From Antedon mediterranea (Eukaryota > Animalia > Echinodermata), in contig NC_092674.1 of assembly GCF_964355755.1 (NCBI RefSeq), positions 1,240,001 to 1,304,000 on the forward strand: a DNA stretch of 64,000 nt. The letters are read 5' to 3'. A program made the position numbers and the translations under genes. This document shows positions 1-41,069 of this stretch, piece by piece. The notes below the pieces were generated by a model. The model worked only from the letters and a program-made list of their open reading frames with translations, made no database searches and was not told the DNA's origin. Every line of letters starts with the position of its first letter. The first letter of the stretch is position 1.

Positions 1-212
1 CTCATTAACTTTTTAGAATAAATTTCAATCAAATTAAAAACAGTCAACACTAGTTGGAAACATTTCATATGGTTTTACAATAGGTATAATAAACGCCATT
101 TGAGAATGAAACCGGTCAGGTTTCGAAACGTTATGTAAGTTCACTTATAATTTTTTGGTTTTTACAAACAGAAATGTTTATTATAATATATTATTAATAA
201 TAAGTTGCTTAC

Positions 213-1228
213 TGATTGAAATACTGCCGACAAAAACCACAATACGAGAAATGCGGGATACGTATGTGTGAAGGTTAAACAAACTCCAGAGATTAGTCCA
301 CCAACTATTCCAACAAAACCCATCTTTTTGCGGCCAAAAATGTCCGAAAGATGTCCTCCGATAAATGAACTCACTAAAATACCAGCGAAATAGACAAAAA
401 CTGCGTTTGCTACATAAATCGATTTGTCGCAAACCAAATCTATCTAGATTGTTAAAGGAAAACAACTTATGATTATTTTCTTCTGATGATTCTAAAAACA
501 GAACATAAAAGGCAAGGACATACCAAACAGTAATATTATCATTATTGTAAATAATCACTGTATATATTTCAGAAATAATATTTTTTTTGTAAAAATCACT
601 GTACTTTTTGTAAAAAAAGTTTTGGGTAAAAATCACTGTTATTATGGTTACTATTATGACTAAAAAATGTACGATTGATTGAATAAAGTTCAAAGTTTAC
701 AATTATACCATGTTCAGAATATTAGCCCACTGCAGCATTTTCAACATTGAAACAATTTTAAAAAAGATAGTTGAAGTAATGAAGAACATAGGCTTATAGA
801 TACATTACAGATTTCACCAAGCACTTTGTTCCAAGCTACGAAAAACTTAAGCAAACTACTAACTATGGTAACCTTTATCAAACCGTTTAATAAGTAAGTT
901 GTTCCTACCGTACCTCTGTCACAAGAGTAACAGCTTTACCCTCATACGTCCAGCCTTCTTGACACGGGATAGTGCTAGCATTTAAGTAACCCTTGGTGTC
1001 ATTAGGAAACATAACACACTTCTCCAATTCACCATCATCGCTAAGTGGGATACTAACATTAAGTTCTCTGTCCGTCTGACAATGATGAGGCGGCGCGTAG
1101 AAGATAAAAACAGACGACAAAATATGCATGGCGGGTATTCCAGAACCAATTACCGATACTAAAGTAATTAATACAAAATTATATCTTCCAAATTCTCCTA
1201 ACTTCTCAAAATATTCGTCAATTTCCAT
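213..1228 (-). CDS. SLC22 / organic cation transporter-like protein, copy 1 (first two coding exons; gene continues beyond window start)
   Basis: Exon 1228-914 MEIDEYFEKLGEFGRYNF...PPHHC...CQEGWTYE...TLVTE|gt; exon 443-213 IDLVCDK...GHLSDIFGRKK. These are the SLC22 N-terminal GEFGRY motif, Cys-containing loop, (W)DLVC and MFS motif A (SDxFGRK). Confidence 0.9.
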
Positions 1229-2096
1229 GATTAAAGATGTTCTTGATTTTTTCAGTAGTTTACTTATTAGATACTGATATGGTAATGGTTAACAAATCAT
1301 TTAACTAACGGTCGTATAAGTATACAAGTTAAACAAGCAAAGTCATTAAATATAAATACTTAATTGAGTATTGAGGCTAACTCTTGTAGGGCACAATATA
1401 CAATCTAATGACACGTAAAAAAATATTGTTATCATATTATTAAGTTTTATCATGGAGGTTACCTCCGTGGTTCTATTCAGTCGAATTTTTATTGAGACAT
1501 AAGATTGTTTACGTCATAGGCCTATATGGAGGTACCACTACACTGTATTCGCTAACGCTGTGAGTGGGATTGACAATATGTGTCAAGTTATCGTCGAGTT
1601 TATGTATAGGTGACGACTTGCACAATGGTCGTCATGAAAACAGAAATTAAATTTCAGAGAGCTCGACGACGTATTGCATAATTTAAATAAGTCTTAGGTC
1701 GTCTCGCAAATTGAAACTTGAATTAAACAAAGTCATTGACATTGCAAATGTGTTTTTCTATATAAGTTTTTCAAATAAATGTATATGTGGTAGATAAAGT
1801 CATAAAAATATACAAGGCATAGTTTAATTTTATCAAACTACAGGAATACGTAAATAACATTTTATTAATGACGACTGGTCGAAGATTTTGTTTTATTTTC
1901 AATAGCAATAACTAAAAATATGAATTATTTAGATTTCGTTCTATAATACAATTAGTTATCGTTCCTCCAAGAGTCAGTCCTTTCGAGATTAAATCTGAAT
2001 GATTTCTTATCGACGTAAAACGGAAAGTAATCACCTATCAATGCATATAATGAGTACCGTATACGTTCGAATAACCTGCCGTGAGGACCGAAAACC

Positions 2097-2312
2097 GGCG
2101 TATGTTCATCACAAGTAGATGTAGATAAAATAGGCTTTAGCGCCAGTCACTTTGTAAGCGCCCGGTGCCTGTGTTTGTTCGTCACAACAAGTAGATATAG
2201 ATAAAATAGGCTTTAGCGCCAGTCACTTTGTAAGCGCCCGGTGCCTGTATTTGTTCGTCACAACAAGTAGATATAGATAAAACAGGCTTGATAGAAAGTC
2301 ACTTTGTAAGTC
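2097..2312. repeat. ~78-bp tandem repeat (about 2.7 copies) just downstream of the SLC22 copy 2 stop codon
   Basis: Recurring tgttcgtcacaacaagtagatatagataaaataggctttagcgccagtcactttgtaagcgcccggtgcctg. Confidence 0.85.
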
Positions 2313-2373
2313 ATCTGCGCGTACGCTTACCCGTCAATCGTCAGTCTGCGTTCGTTCGTATGGTGTGCCCATG

Positions 2374-7356
<4,983 letters not shown>

Positions 7357-7483
7357 TTTGTTGCAGCTGAATTTTTATGTTTTCAGCGAGCTAGCTATAC
7401 GCACAAGCGGCACACAAAATACTGATTGATTTCTATCAGGCTGGCTGTTGCAACACAATATTAGTCTCCTTTTAATAATAATG

Positions 7484-7720
7484 AAAGTTAGGTCTGACCC
7501 ATGAAGCACAGCAGACTAATTGTTTTGTTATGCTCATGCACAATGGATCATAAAATTGTTGAACTCTCTTTTGAAGTAGTTCAAAATGGGTAAGCAGTGA
7601 TAGTTTGGTTTTTACAAAATGTAAGTTAGGTCTAACCCATGAAGCACAACAGACTATTGTTTGTTATGCTCATGCGCAGTTGATAATAAAATTCTCTTTT
7701 GAAGTGGTACAAAATGGATA
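7484..7720. repeat. Local imperfect direct duplication upstream of SLC22 copy 2
   Basis: aagttaggtctRacccatgaagcacaRcagacta...ttatgctcatgc...ctcttttgaagtRgtWcaaaatgg occurs at ~7484-7590 and ~7623-7718. Confidence 0.8.
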
Positions 7721-7808
7721 AAAGCTAATCTTTACATAAAACTTTGAATGACCGATTTTATTAATAATTAAAGAATGAGAAAAAAATCTTCGAGCCATGC
7801 AAGAAAAT

Positions 7809-9175
7809 CAGGGTCGGTCGCACGCAGGAGCTATTTTAAGAGGGTTGCCCAAAGAGTCCGGGGTTGTATACGCTGAGTATTTGAGCCCTAGATGTCCGGA
7901 ATTGGTACGCTCGCACTTAAATTCATGATAATCGCCGGAAATTTCACTCTATAGTGCACTAGCAAACAGAGGATTGTAGCCTATATTTTTCCTCCGGTAA
8001 TAAAACATACGCGACTAACAATAGGATAACACTTTTTTGGCGTTCAATGTCTCGGGGAAGTCCCCAATGAAGGTACTTTTGGTACGGTAATAAATTATAA
8101 TAACTGTAATCAATTAATGCAAATTAATTATCAATTAATAATTTTAAAAGTTATAAAGCAGAATAAAGTCAGATGTTAAAACCAGAATTTACAAAATTTA
8201 CAAATTTCATTTATCCACTATAAACCACACTCCAAATTAAAACAAAGAAAATAATGACAAATTTGCAGAAAGAAGCAAACTTTGCTCTACTACCGTAGAT
8301 AAATTACTACGGAAATTCGACCTAATACAGTATTTACGGACGTACGGAAATGAAGATAAATAGGGTACTACAAGCATCAAGCACAATTATGATTTGGCCT
8401 AAAATTATGGAAAACTCCCGGCAAAACGCAATAATTATGGACAAATCGATTATTAGCCTTGGCAATATGCCTAAGGAATGGAATGAATATATTTAGTTTC
8501 TCGAGGAAATTTTTTTACACAAAGTACATTGCTTGTGTGAATGCCTGATACATTAGAGGTAATTTGTGATGGCGCTAGTAGCACTGTTATCCATGGGGAA
8601 TTTGTGAAGTTGGCTACATACACGAGCCTAGATAGGAAGATCTGTACTTCCGTTCATTGCGAGAGGAGGGAGAAGTCCACTAATGTGTCGATAAAGTAAC
8701 AAGCCAGAGATAAAACAACGAATACAATTAGCTGATTGTCGTTGTTTTTGTCGTCGTTAGAAGTTTATCGACCGACATCTATTTCTCATGTGTATTATAA
8801 CACAAGTTCATTTTGGATGTTCAGTAAATTACCAGTGGTTTATTCAAAGTCAACACTGTAACTAATCCCTCACTATTGAAATTATACTACTATAAGCCTA
8901 TTGTTGAAAAATGGATGGATAGTGTTTAGTAGTAACAAAGATACGTTCTAGTCTGATTATTTAGGTGTCCATGCAGTTGAGGACTAGAAGCGGTGGATTA
9001 TTTTTGTAGCGTTCCTTAGGTTGTGAAGGTAGTTAAATTCTTTGGCACCAGCATTACTTCTTTTACCAATGTTAACAATTAAGCTAACAACAGAAATTCA
9101 ACAATGATAAAATGTCATGGCACTTTGTAACTACGTTATAACTAAGCCTATAAAGAGGTCCGGGTCCGGACCCCT
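7809..9175 (-). mobile_element. Degenerate non-autonomous DNA element, longer inverted relative of the 12656-13181 element
   Basis: 7809-7890 is the reverse complement of 13103-13181 (ttttaagagggttgcccaaag...tgagtatttgagc). ~9014-9170 is the reverse complement of ~12775-12912 (ccggacccgg...aaagaagtRatgctg...ttcacaacctaa). Confidence 0.6.
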
Positions 9176-9419
9176 CCCCCTTCCCCCATTAACTTTAAAG
9201 GTGCCTTTTTTAGAAAACACACGCGGCTAAAAATAGGATAACATGCGTTCAATGCGAATGTCAGGAGGAATTTCCGATGATGGTACTTCCGGTACGGTAG
9301 TAAATTCTAATAACTATAATTCATTAATGTATAACTTAATTATTATTATTTATTTATTTATTATTATTAATACATTTTGCATATCAATATTATTATTGAT
9401 ATTTAAGCGGAAATATATC

Positions 9420-10010
9420 AAATTATATAGGCACCATTTTAATGTGGGCACCATTTGAGAAATCAAATATTAATAGAATAGAAAGTATACAAAGGAAAGC
9501 AACAAGGATAATAATGTTTAGAAAGGAAGGTTCCTGGGACACATCTTATTTTCATAGGTTGAAAGTGCTTGAATTATTATCTATTGATGACTTGTTTAAA
9601 TTACATAGACTTTCATTAGGATTTAAGGTGTTGAAAGGTTACTGTCCCCATTCTTTCAATGAGTATATTAAAACTAGTGAAAGATGTCCGGGTAGGCTTT
9701 TACGTTGGAATTCGAAAGGCAATACTTTTCATAATTCTGTATTTGTTTCCTTTCCTAGACTATGGGAGCAAATACCAAATGACATAAAAGATTCACAAAC
9801 AATTTCAATATTTAAGGCTGCTCTAACAAAACACTATATTTCATGTTATGTATAATTTATTTGTATTTTTCTTGTATATGGTTTTATCTTTAACTGATTG
9901 TATTGTATGGAGTGAGTGCAGAATCTGTTTGGGCTTTAGCCTATTCTCATTCCTGGTTATTTTTACATTGATGACCGAATAAATATTATTATTATTATTA
10001 TTTATTATTA
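9420..10010 (+). mobile_element. 5'-truncated LINE remnant (ORF2 C-terminus plus 3' tail)
   Basis: ORF 9442-9855 WAPFEKSNINRIESIQRKATRII...SYFHRLKVLELLSI...SFPRLWEQIP resembles the post-RT C-terminal region of CR1/L2/Jockey-type ORF2 (WxP...LExVQRRATR...WNxLP). It is followed by aataaa and a (TTA)n tail at ~9978-10010. Confidence 0.8.
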
Positions 10011-10690
10011 TGTCACTGTGTATACAGATCGTGATTTGCATATGCTATTGTTTTAAAATAGGAAATGCGATGGATTATTCGCCGAATACGTCTTTACTGT
10101 TAAATATAAATACACTTACATTTACACTGAGACCGGATTTTCTACTTTACTTTCTTGAATAAACACGTACGTTGTGTACAATGAGTGAGTGTGAACTCTA
10201 AACACTGTACTCATTTGTGTACGATTTCCTATCTGGCTTTCTGACCGGAATCCGGGCTCAGTACAAACGTACGTCGTCAGTTAATGATGACGTATGTATG
10301 TTAGTGATTACATTAAATCAGTAACGCCAAAGGCGCGCGCATTTTATTGACGAATAATAATAATACAAGTTATACTCAGGCGTAAACTTCTGTCGCTGAT
10401 TTTATTTTCACATTTATTCCCAAATTTCAATATTAAAGGAGGGAGTTGAAATTAAACAACTCACTGATTATAGAATTATTCTAAATTTATTTTAAATTGG
10501 ACGTAAAAACAAGCGTAGAAAAAAACACTGACTGAAGGCCAATATAATGGATGCATGTGCAAAAAAAAAAAATACACTACTTGCAGAGACAAGCGTTATA
10601 TAACAATGCAGTGTATTTGTTTGACATCAGCCAATATTTTAGCGGAAATTATAAACTTTTAGAACCTAGAAAATGCTAACAAACTACTTA

Positions 10691-10752
10691 ATTTATTTTA
10701 TTTATTTATTTTATGTCTTTAGGCAATGTGGCCAAGGATTACCAATAGTGTC
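10691..10752 (-). mobile_element. 3' tail fragment of the same SINE as 33034-33283
   Basis: Reverse complement of cactattggtaatccttggccacattgcctaaagacataaaataaa, identical to 33221-33265. Confidence 0.8.
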
Positions 10753-10971
10753 TACTGTCTGTCTAGTGTTTACTGTCCTCTGAGTAAGCAAGTAGGTAAT
10801 CCTTTCCTATTAATTTATGTTGTATTTATGTACGACATTAACTGTTAACAGTTCTAATCGACTACAAATTCACTCTGGAATATTTTAAAATAGAGATTTT
10901 GTTTTTCAAATTAAAAAACTGGGCCAAACAACAAAATTCTTTTCAAAAGTGTAAAACGCAAAAATACCAAA

Positions 10972-11483
10972 TAGAGAGGTTTCGCAATCTTACGAATACG
11001 ATAACGAAAACGGATACGTCACGCACACGTATTCGTTTTCGTAAGCCATAAACAAATCTGTTTCGCATGGCAACGAAATATTGAGGCGCGTCCAAAATAT
11101 GACTGCGGTAAATTTGAGCTAAGCGCAGGTACGTGTTGCTTGGTGTTTGGCTGCCTAGGCCTAGCGTAACATCAAAACGAGTGAGGACTTTAAAAACTGC
11201 TATTTATCAAAATTGACTTGGCATTTTAGTAAATTACTTTAGTAAATTACTTTCAATAAATCTATAATTATATTATAATCATGAATCATTCCTGATTCAA
11301 ATAGAAAATGTGCAAAATAGATCAAAAACTATACTCGTTTTGTAGTTACGAATATGACTGGTGATATTCGTCAAAACACGAATACGCCTTACGAATATGA
11401 AATGGGGATCAGCTCAAAAGTTTCACAAATGTGTGACGTATCCGTTTTCGTTATCGTATTCGTATGGTTGCGAAACCTCCCTA
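10972..11483. mobile_element. MITE family C, ~510 bp with ~50-bp terminal inverted repeats
   Basis: Left tagagaggtttcgcaatcttacgaatacgataacgaaaacggatacgtcac versus right gtgacgtatccgttttcgttatcgtattcgtatggttgcgaaacctcccta; no internal ORF. Confidence 0.85.
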
Positions 11484-11693
11484 ATATCTAGTAAATATAA
11501 TAATCATTCATAAACGTGATTTGGTATTTTAAAAGTAAAAAAAACACCAATGTTTTGGATCAATACAAATTAAACACAATAATAAAATACTCTAGACAAC
11601 TCCAACTAAACTCAACTCAACTCCAAGAATACTCGGTGCATTGACGTCGATTTCAAGTATTTCAGCTTATGACGACACAACACTAATAGCCTA

Positions 11694-23575
<11,882 letters not shown>

Positions 23576-24167
23576 GGTTTGGTGTACGTCTGCTTCTCTC
23601 TCTTCGAACAGCGTTACTCCTTTACGCTTATCTTTAGGCGGGATTCACAACGGTCATATTATATTAAACGTACAGTCATAAGTATGGACTGTGGATTAAT
23701 ATTTAACAACATCATATGCAATTATAAGGTGTACTTTGGACCACACAAACACACGTATTCAAACATTAAACTGTTTACTATTAAAGACAAACCACAATCA
23801 ACACAGTGAAAAGCACAAATGAAAATCAGAATATTATTTTAATTAATAGTAAAGACCATACCAAAATTACTAAAATAATTATTAATTTACAAAGAGAATA
23901 ATACATTGATTCCATTGGTAGAAATATGTCGTGTTGTTTATTAGAGTGCATTATAGTATTATTCAACGTAAATGCTAATTAATGTAAGTTTACGGGGCGT
24001 TTGTGTTATATTAATAACGTATGATAGTTACACATATTTATATCGATATAATTATCATTATGGATATCTATTATAACTAAGCAACTACTTATGTGAGTTT
24101 AGAGCAGAGAACTACAATTAAACTATATATTTTAAAATCAAGAAAGTATAAATGTATCCAGTGCAGC

Positions 24168-35158
<10,991 letters not shown>

Positions 35159-37889
35159 TTTTCCGCTTCGGAATTATATCCGTATGGACAATTGTGTATA
35201 GTAGTGTTGCTGCAGTGTGTATTGTGTTGTCAATTCAGTTTGCTTATCTGATGCTGGGTGGTACGTATAGGGATCGAAGGTTGTATATATAAACTATGAA
35301 TATGATTTATGATTAAAGTCTCGTAATCAATTTTAGTCATAATTGTGTTGTTCAAACCAAAACTATGCATTTTATGTGATCTAAGACAAAGTCTTGTTGA
35401 TAATTCTCATAATCAATTTTATTCATAATTGTGTTGTTCAAACCAAAAAAAAGAATGTTTTATACGGATTACACGGTAAAGAAAGAAAAATGTACCTTTT
35501 AGATTAACTCTGTGCGAGCTTAATTTATTTATAAATGTGTGTTGTAGTCAATCGGCATCATAACAGTTAGACACGTTACTACTCAAGTATGTCATTCATG
35601 AATAGTTATGTTACCAAAACTGGTTATGAAATCAGGGTTTAGTTAAACTGTTTAGTACAGTAGACAATATATTGTTATCTATCTCTCCTTTTATAATATG
35701 AAATATACACACAGAGCTTTATCTTATAAAAGATAGGCGTTTACTTGGCGGATCGAAGGTCTTGTATGGTGGTCAAACAAAACGTTAACTTTTCAATAAG
35801 AATTTGAACCATAAACTTAACAATGACATACAACAAGTATCTTTACTACGAGGATCGAACTGACCTCCAAAACGGTATCCGAGAAGATTAATTAAAACGA
35901 TCATGAGGTGCGAGTTCGTGGTTAAATAAAGTTTCAACTAAACTAAACAAAGGAAACAATAAAGTAATAAAGATAGTATTAAGATGGTATTCTTTATTCA
36001 ATATGCTTTTTACAATGACGATAAGCAGAATCTTTAGCAATAGCTTACTATTTTTATATTTAACTATAGCAATATAGGAAAGTGCCTTGACCTGTCCTTT
36101 GTAAAGCACATAGCGATAATGTTGTAAATAAATCAATGTGGAACGGATAAATATTATAAATCCGATTTCCACTGGGCAAATTTGTTCGCGCGAATCGAAA
36201 GCGGCGGCTTATACGCATGCGTATTCATGATTCCATCTTCCAAATCTCTCTCGCTTTCGACTCGCGCAAATTTAGTCATTTCAATCGTTTGCTGCGGCCG
36301 CGTTACCCTCACATTCCTCATTATTTATTACTGCAATAGATTACACATACTGCAATATAACCTTAGTTATAATCACAGTATTTCTGTTAGAAGCTGAAGA
36401 ACAAACTAACACCGTATGGGTTGTTAGAGTACAAACATAACATAGTTAGATAAGGCACTGTACTAGACAGAAATATTTCAACAAAAATATAAAATAAATT
36501 ATCACAACTGTTTATGTAAAGTTGGTTTTTATAAAACAAAATGCCTTTTAAGTGTCACATTACTAATATCTACAGTATTAGTCACATCATAGACAAAAAA
36601 AAGGTACAAGTTATACCACGATTTGTACGTGTCTTTTTGTGACGTCATCGACTAAATAAGCCTACACTTTCGTGTATCCTAAACGTATTTAAAACCAAGC
36701 AATGCAATCATTAACCTAATAGATTTAGTGTATACTTTTTATATGAATACTATTTAGTGGCAAATAAAATTAAAGAAACATCCCCATACAAAGTTTAGAG
36801 CAATAGATAATATTTTTTTCTATTCTACATCACAACTTTTTAATACAAAAGTAATTACAAAAAGTTAAACACAAAATCTTTATCTGTATAGCTTGAAAAA
36901 ATACAAATATACAATATTTACAAACAGCTTTTGCACATGCCCTAATAACAGTGTCACCTTCACCTAAGTATTTATATCTCTTTAGGACCGAGAGTGGCGG
37001 AGGTTATCAAATAAATGGCCCCATAAATATTTTCACAGACCAATCAAAATATAAAATGAACATCAAGATTGATTTTGAGGAAATCTTTATAAAAAATATT
37101 ACTATATTCCAGTAAAATCTCCCATTTATGTACATCTCTATCTGTGTTGTGATCCCGTACATTGATATTTATATGTTCATATTATCAATGGTACATATAT
37201 AACATAATAGCAAAGTACTAACTTGTACTATTGTCCTATTTGAAATGTCCTGGCGGTCTAATTCCAGAATCACAAATAAGACAATGTAACCATTTTACAG
37301 ATAGTGGGAGATGGCACAGGATATTCCTAGTGACTTTAAATTCCTACAAAAATATGGGATAATATTTACGCATTTCTAGCACCTTTAATTCAAACAGTTA
37401 TATATACCATAATATATCATCCAACTCTTGATTTGGTTGCTTTATAAACAATAATCTTAATAATAAATAATTTTAAAATCAGTGTTAATATGGTATGAAA
37501 ATGTAAATAGACCTTAGAAGGTTGTTTTAACTATAGTTTTAATATAAATTATAAAATCTAATGTGTTTTTCTTCTTAAACTTCAGGTATTACTTTACTAA
37601 GTTAATAAAACAAGTTGTTCATAGTGTCACCTTATATTGGTAGGTATAAGATAGTTCCAGTGTCACCAATGTGTAATGTTTGCATTACATATTTGTAGTT
37701 GTAAAAATTACCAGTTAACTAATGATTAAAATTACCTCACCTTAGTAAAATTATTGGATTATTGATTTGTTATTATAGTTATGAATTTAATATAAGTATA
37801 TATAAGGTTTAAAACAGAAGTTCCTCAATTTGAGGAGGTCCAACCTTGAGGTCCAACCTTGAGGTCCAACATCAGGTAGGTCGTTTGCT

Positions 37890-40800
37890 TCATACACCTG
37901 CATCTGAGATAGCACTGAACGAAAAACATGATGATGATGGTTGGGTAGATATGCTAGAGGTGGTGACTATAGGTAGACGATCCGATGGGCTCGTATCCAT
38001 CGACCTCGATGAGGGCACTAGACTGCTGGGTTGTCGTATATGATTACCTGCAACTTGTAAACTGAAAAACAGGCATTTTTTTTAATATGTTATTTTATCT
38101 ATTTGTGCATTCATTTACCTATTTTCCTACCTCATATACATGCATATGTTTTTACCTATCTTCCTGCCTCATTTGCATACATGTGTATTATTTTACCTAT
38201 CTTCCTACCTCATATGTATGCATGTGTATTCTATTACCCATCTTTCTACCTCATATATGCATACATGTGTGTGTTTTACCTATCTTCACATCTCATTTGC
38301 ATGCATGTTTATGTTTTACCTATTTCCCTACCTCATTTGCATGCATTTGCATTCTATTACCTATCTTCCTACCTCTTTTGCATACATGTGTATGTTTTAC
38401 CTATATCCCTACCTCATATGTGAATGCATGTGTGAATTTGGTGAGTACATAAAATGCTTCTTGGGTGGGCTTGCTTCTCCATCACTGTCAACTAACAAAA
38501 AGTTAAAGAAAATTGTGCTAACAATGTACAGATTCCAAGATATGCAGAATCATAGGCAAATTCTGTAATACAGTGTAACAAATGGGCACATGTGACGCCT
38601 GTAAATTTAGGGTTAGGTTTCTGGGATTTCATCGCTTCTCTTAATTTGGTCATATTAACTGTTATCCTGTTTTATCATTACTGAGAAAAGAATAAATAAA
38701 TGTTACATTGAAAAAAAGATTTTAGAATTTGAATATAATTGTGACAAAAAAAACCCATACGTTTTCTCTTGAAGTTTAAAGTTCCAGGGCGTAGGACTGG
38801 GCTCATACTGCGTGCACGAAAGACTTGAGTTGTTGGACTTGGTATTGGACTGGGTGATGACATACCGGTACGATGCTGCATAGAAGGTGAGAAGCATTGC
38901 TATAACAAAATAATATTAATGATCAGATAAATGAGGAGCTAAAATATGGAGAATATTGAAACAAAGAAATGTATTAAAAAAGAAGGCAGGCTGTAAAAGG
39001 AGCAGAGGATTATATAAATGTAATATTGTTTTTATATGAATGGTTTTATGCTATATTTGTTTTTATAGTGTTTTCTTTGTTATTATGACGAGCAATGAAT
39101 TTCCTTTTTGAGGATCAATAAAAGTTATCTTATCTTATCTTATCTTAATAAGAACAAATAACACAACACACACAGCCAACAAAAATGCAATTGTAAATGA
39201 ATCCGTTTTTCATAGCATTGACACGGCAAAAAGAAATAGATAACAGATTACATTTGAAATATTACGAGTACAACATCCAACAGCTTTACCATTAAAGCGT
39301 GGTTCCCACTAGAGACGCAGCGCAAAGACGTACGTGCAACGCAAGCGAGATGAATAATCCAGTGTGATTGCTTGTGATTGGTCAAACCACGTTGCATCGC
39401 TAGTGGCAACCAAGCTTTAAGGAGAATGAGATAAAATTATACAGGTAATAAAATAAAGCAAACAGACCTTTGGCATAATTCTAGTAGGAGATGGTGAAGA
39501 GCAAATAGACACAGATAGTGACGTAGCAATACTCAGTGGATCCGCAAAACTTTTTTTATGGTTTTGTTCATTCCGTAACGTTTTAATACTCTCATCCTTT
39601 AAAAAAATAAAACTACTGAGTTATTATAAAATCAGATTTTATCAACTTCACTGGTGCCATATTTGTGAATTATATTTGTGTTAGGTGAATAGATATGATG
39701 ATTATTTGTGTTGTCGATATTTTAGAGAGTTAAAAAAAAACGTTTGATCTGCCTTGCATGGTGCGTACAATTGCAAACTAGTGCTGTCTCGCTATACCAT
39801 CTACAAAATGTCAACTTTTCAAAAATTTATTCATGGCCCTGCTCTTACTTATCTACAGAGTATCATTTCACTTCATGTTTCGTCACGTCCAGGACTTCTT
39901 CCAAAAATAAATATTATAATGTTTTGTTGAAGGCAAGAATATTTATCACCCATCAATTGATAAACATTCGTTATTTTTATACCAGACTTACCAAACATAA
40001 TTCATTCCAAGACTGGCTCATATGAAATGCTGACTGCACCTCCCTTAAATAAATATGAAATAGTTGTGTTAATGAAATATCAATTTCTTAATTTTATTTA
40101 TTTATTTGGAAACCAGTCCAGTTAAAATTCTAATAATTTGTTAAAATATTTCACCTTTCATGTTCCGTTTCACGTTGGGAGATGTTGATGCTTTCTTCTT
40201 GTTTGATCTGATTAATTCTAGATGGAATCCTAATAGGTGCGGATGTCTTTAAAAAAAAGAAAAGTGACAAGTTAGTTTTGATGCTATCTACACTATTAAA
40301 CTTTATGTAAAAAATGTGATGAGCCCATATGATGATGTCATATCACTACCATATTTGGGCATATTATCACCACCATATTTGGGCACATCACACTTTTTTG
40401 TCAAACTAGTTTGATAGTGCAGACAGAGCTTTAGTTTTGATGCTACACTTAGATTTATGAATGAGACTGTAAGTGCAACTTAATAAGTTTGTTTTTTTAT
40501 TACAATATTAATTTATAGCGAGTGATGGTACACACCGGTTTTGATGAATTTGGTGTTAAGTTGGCGCTAAACCTTCTCACTCTTCCTCTTGTAGGTGATG
40601 CTTGGAACACAATTGACTCCTCACTTTGAAAATAACAACAAAATTGTAATAATTAAACATTTATATTAACAACATACCAACAGGTAAGATTCAGGATTGG
40701 CTAAACAGATATGCAAATTTGAAGACAAGCCTCATAAGCTCTGCATACACTATCAAACTAGGTTGACAAATAAATTGTGATGTGCCCAAATATGGTAGTG

Positions 40801-41069
40801 ATATTCCCAAATATGGTGATGATATGACATCATCATGGACACATCACATTTGTTTGATAGTGTAGACAGGACTTTACTTATCTCTATGTGAATTACTCCG
40901 TCTCTTACTTAATATTTGGCCCATTTATCATGGGAGCACTATTTGACCTTCTGAGCAGTCCTTCCTCTTCAAAGTCATGAATGCTGGCTGCAGATCGTGC
41001 TCTGGTCTGGACAGGGTCAACCTCCATTCTGCTGCTACTCTCTTCAGAGCTGGTGTCAGTATCACCCAT
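37890..41069 (-). CDS. FAM122A: FAM122/PABIR family protein (PP2A-B55 inhibitor), about 8 coding exons
   Basis: Exons encode LLRRSNSAPMING, RVRRFS, SRINQIKQEESINISQRETEHER|EVQSAFHMSQSW, SSPSPTR, QCFSPSMQ, PSPIPSPT, RSMSPVLRPG; these match recalled FAM122A motifs (LRRSNSAPLI, RLHQIKQEE, RETVHEREVQ, QCFSPS). ATG at 41069, TGA at 37892-37890. Confidence 0.9.
38095..38430. repeat. Degenerate ~36-38 bp tandem repeat starting at a FAM122 splice donor
   Basis: About 9 copies of ttttacctatcttcctacctcatWtgcatacatgtgtatg. Confidence 0.85.
39296..39416. mobile_element. MITE family B copy
   Basis: taa|agcgtggttcccactagagacgcagcgc ... gctagtggcaaccaagct|tta. Confidence 0.8.
40283..40430. mobile_element. 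MITE family A copy (left TIR eroded)
   Basis: tctacactattaaac ... gtttgatagtgcagacagagct. Confidence 0.85.
40737..40873. mobile_element. MITE family A copy
   Basis: taagctctgcatacactatcaaac ... gtttgatagtgtagacaggact. Confidence 0.85.

Noticed and set aside
38087-38568. Three overlapping Cys/His/Tyr-rich plus-strand ORFs
   Set aside because: Low-complexity tandem repeat antisense to a FAM122 intron.
39085-39147. (TCTTA)n after aataaa, and similar (TTGAA)n at ~33650 and (TCAA)n at ~43105
   Set aside because: Probably very short LINE 3' tails, but too little sequence to assign or to be of interest.
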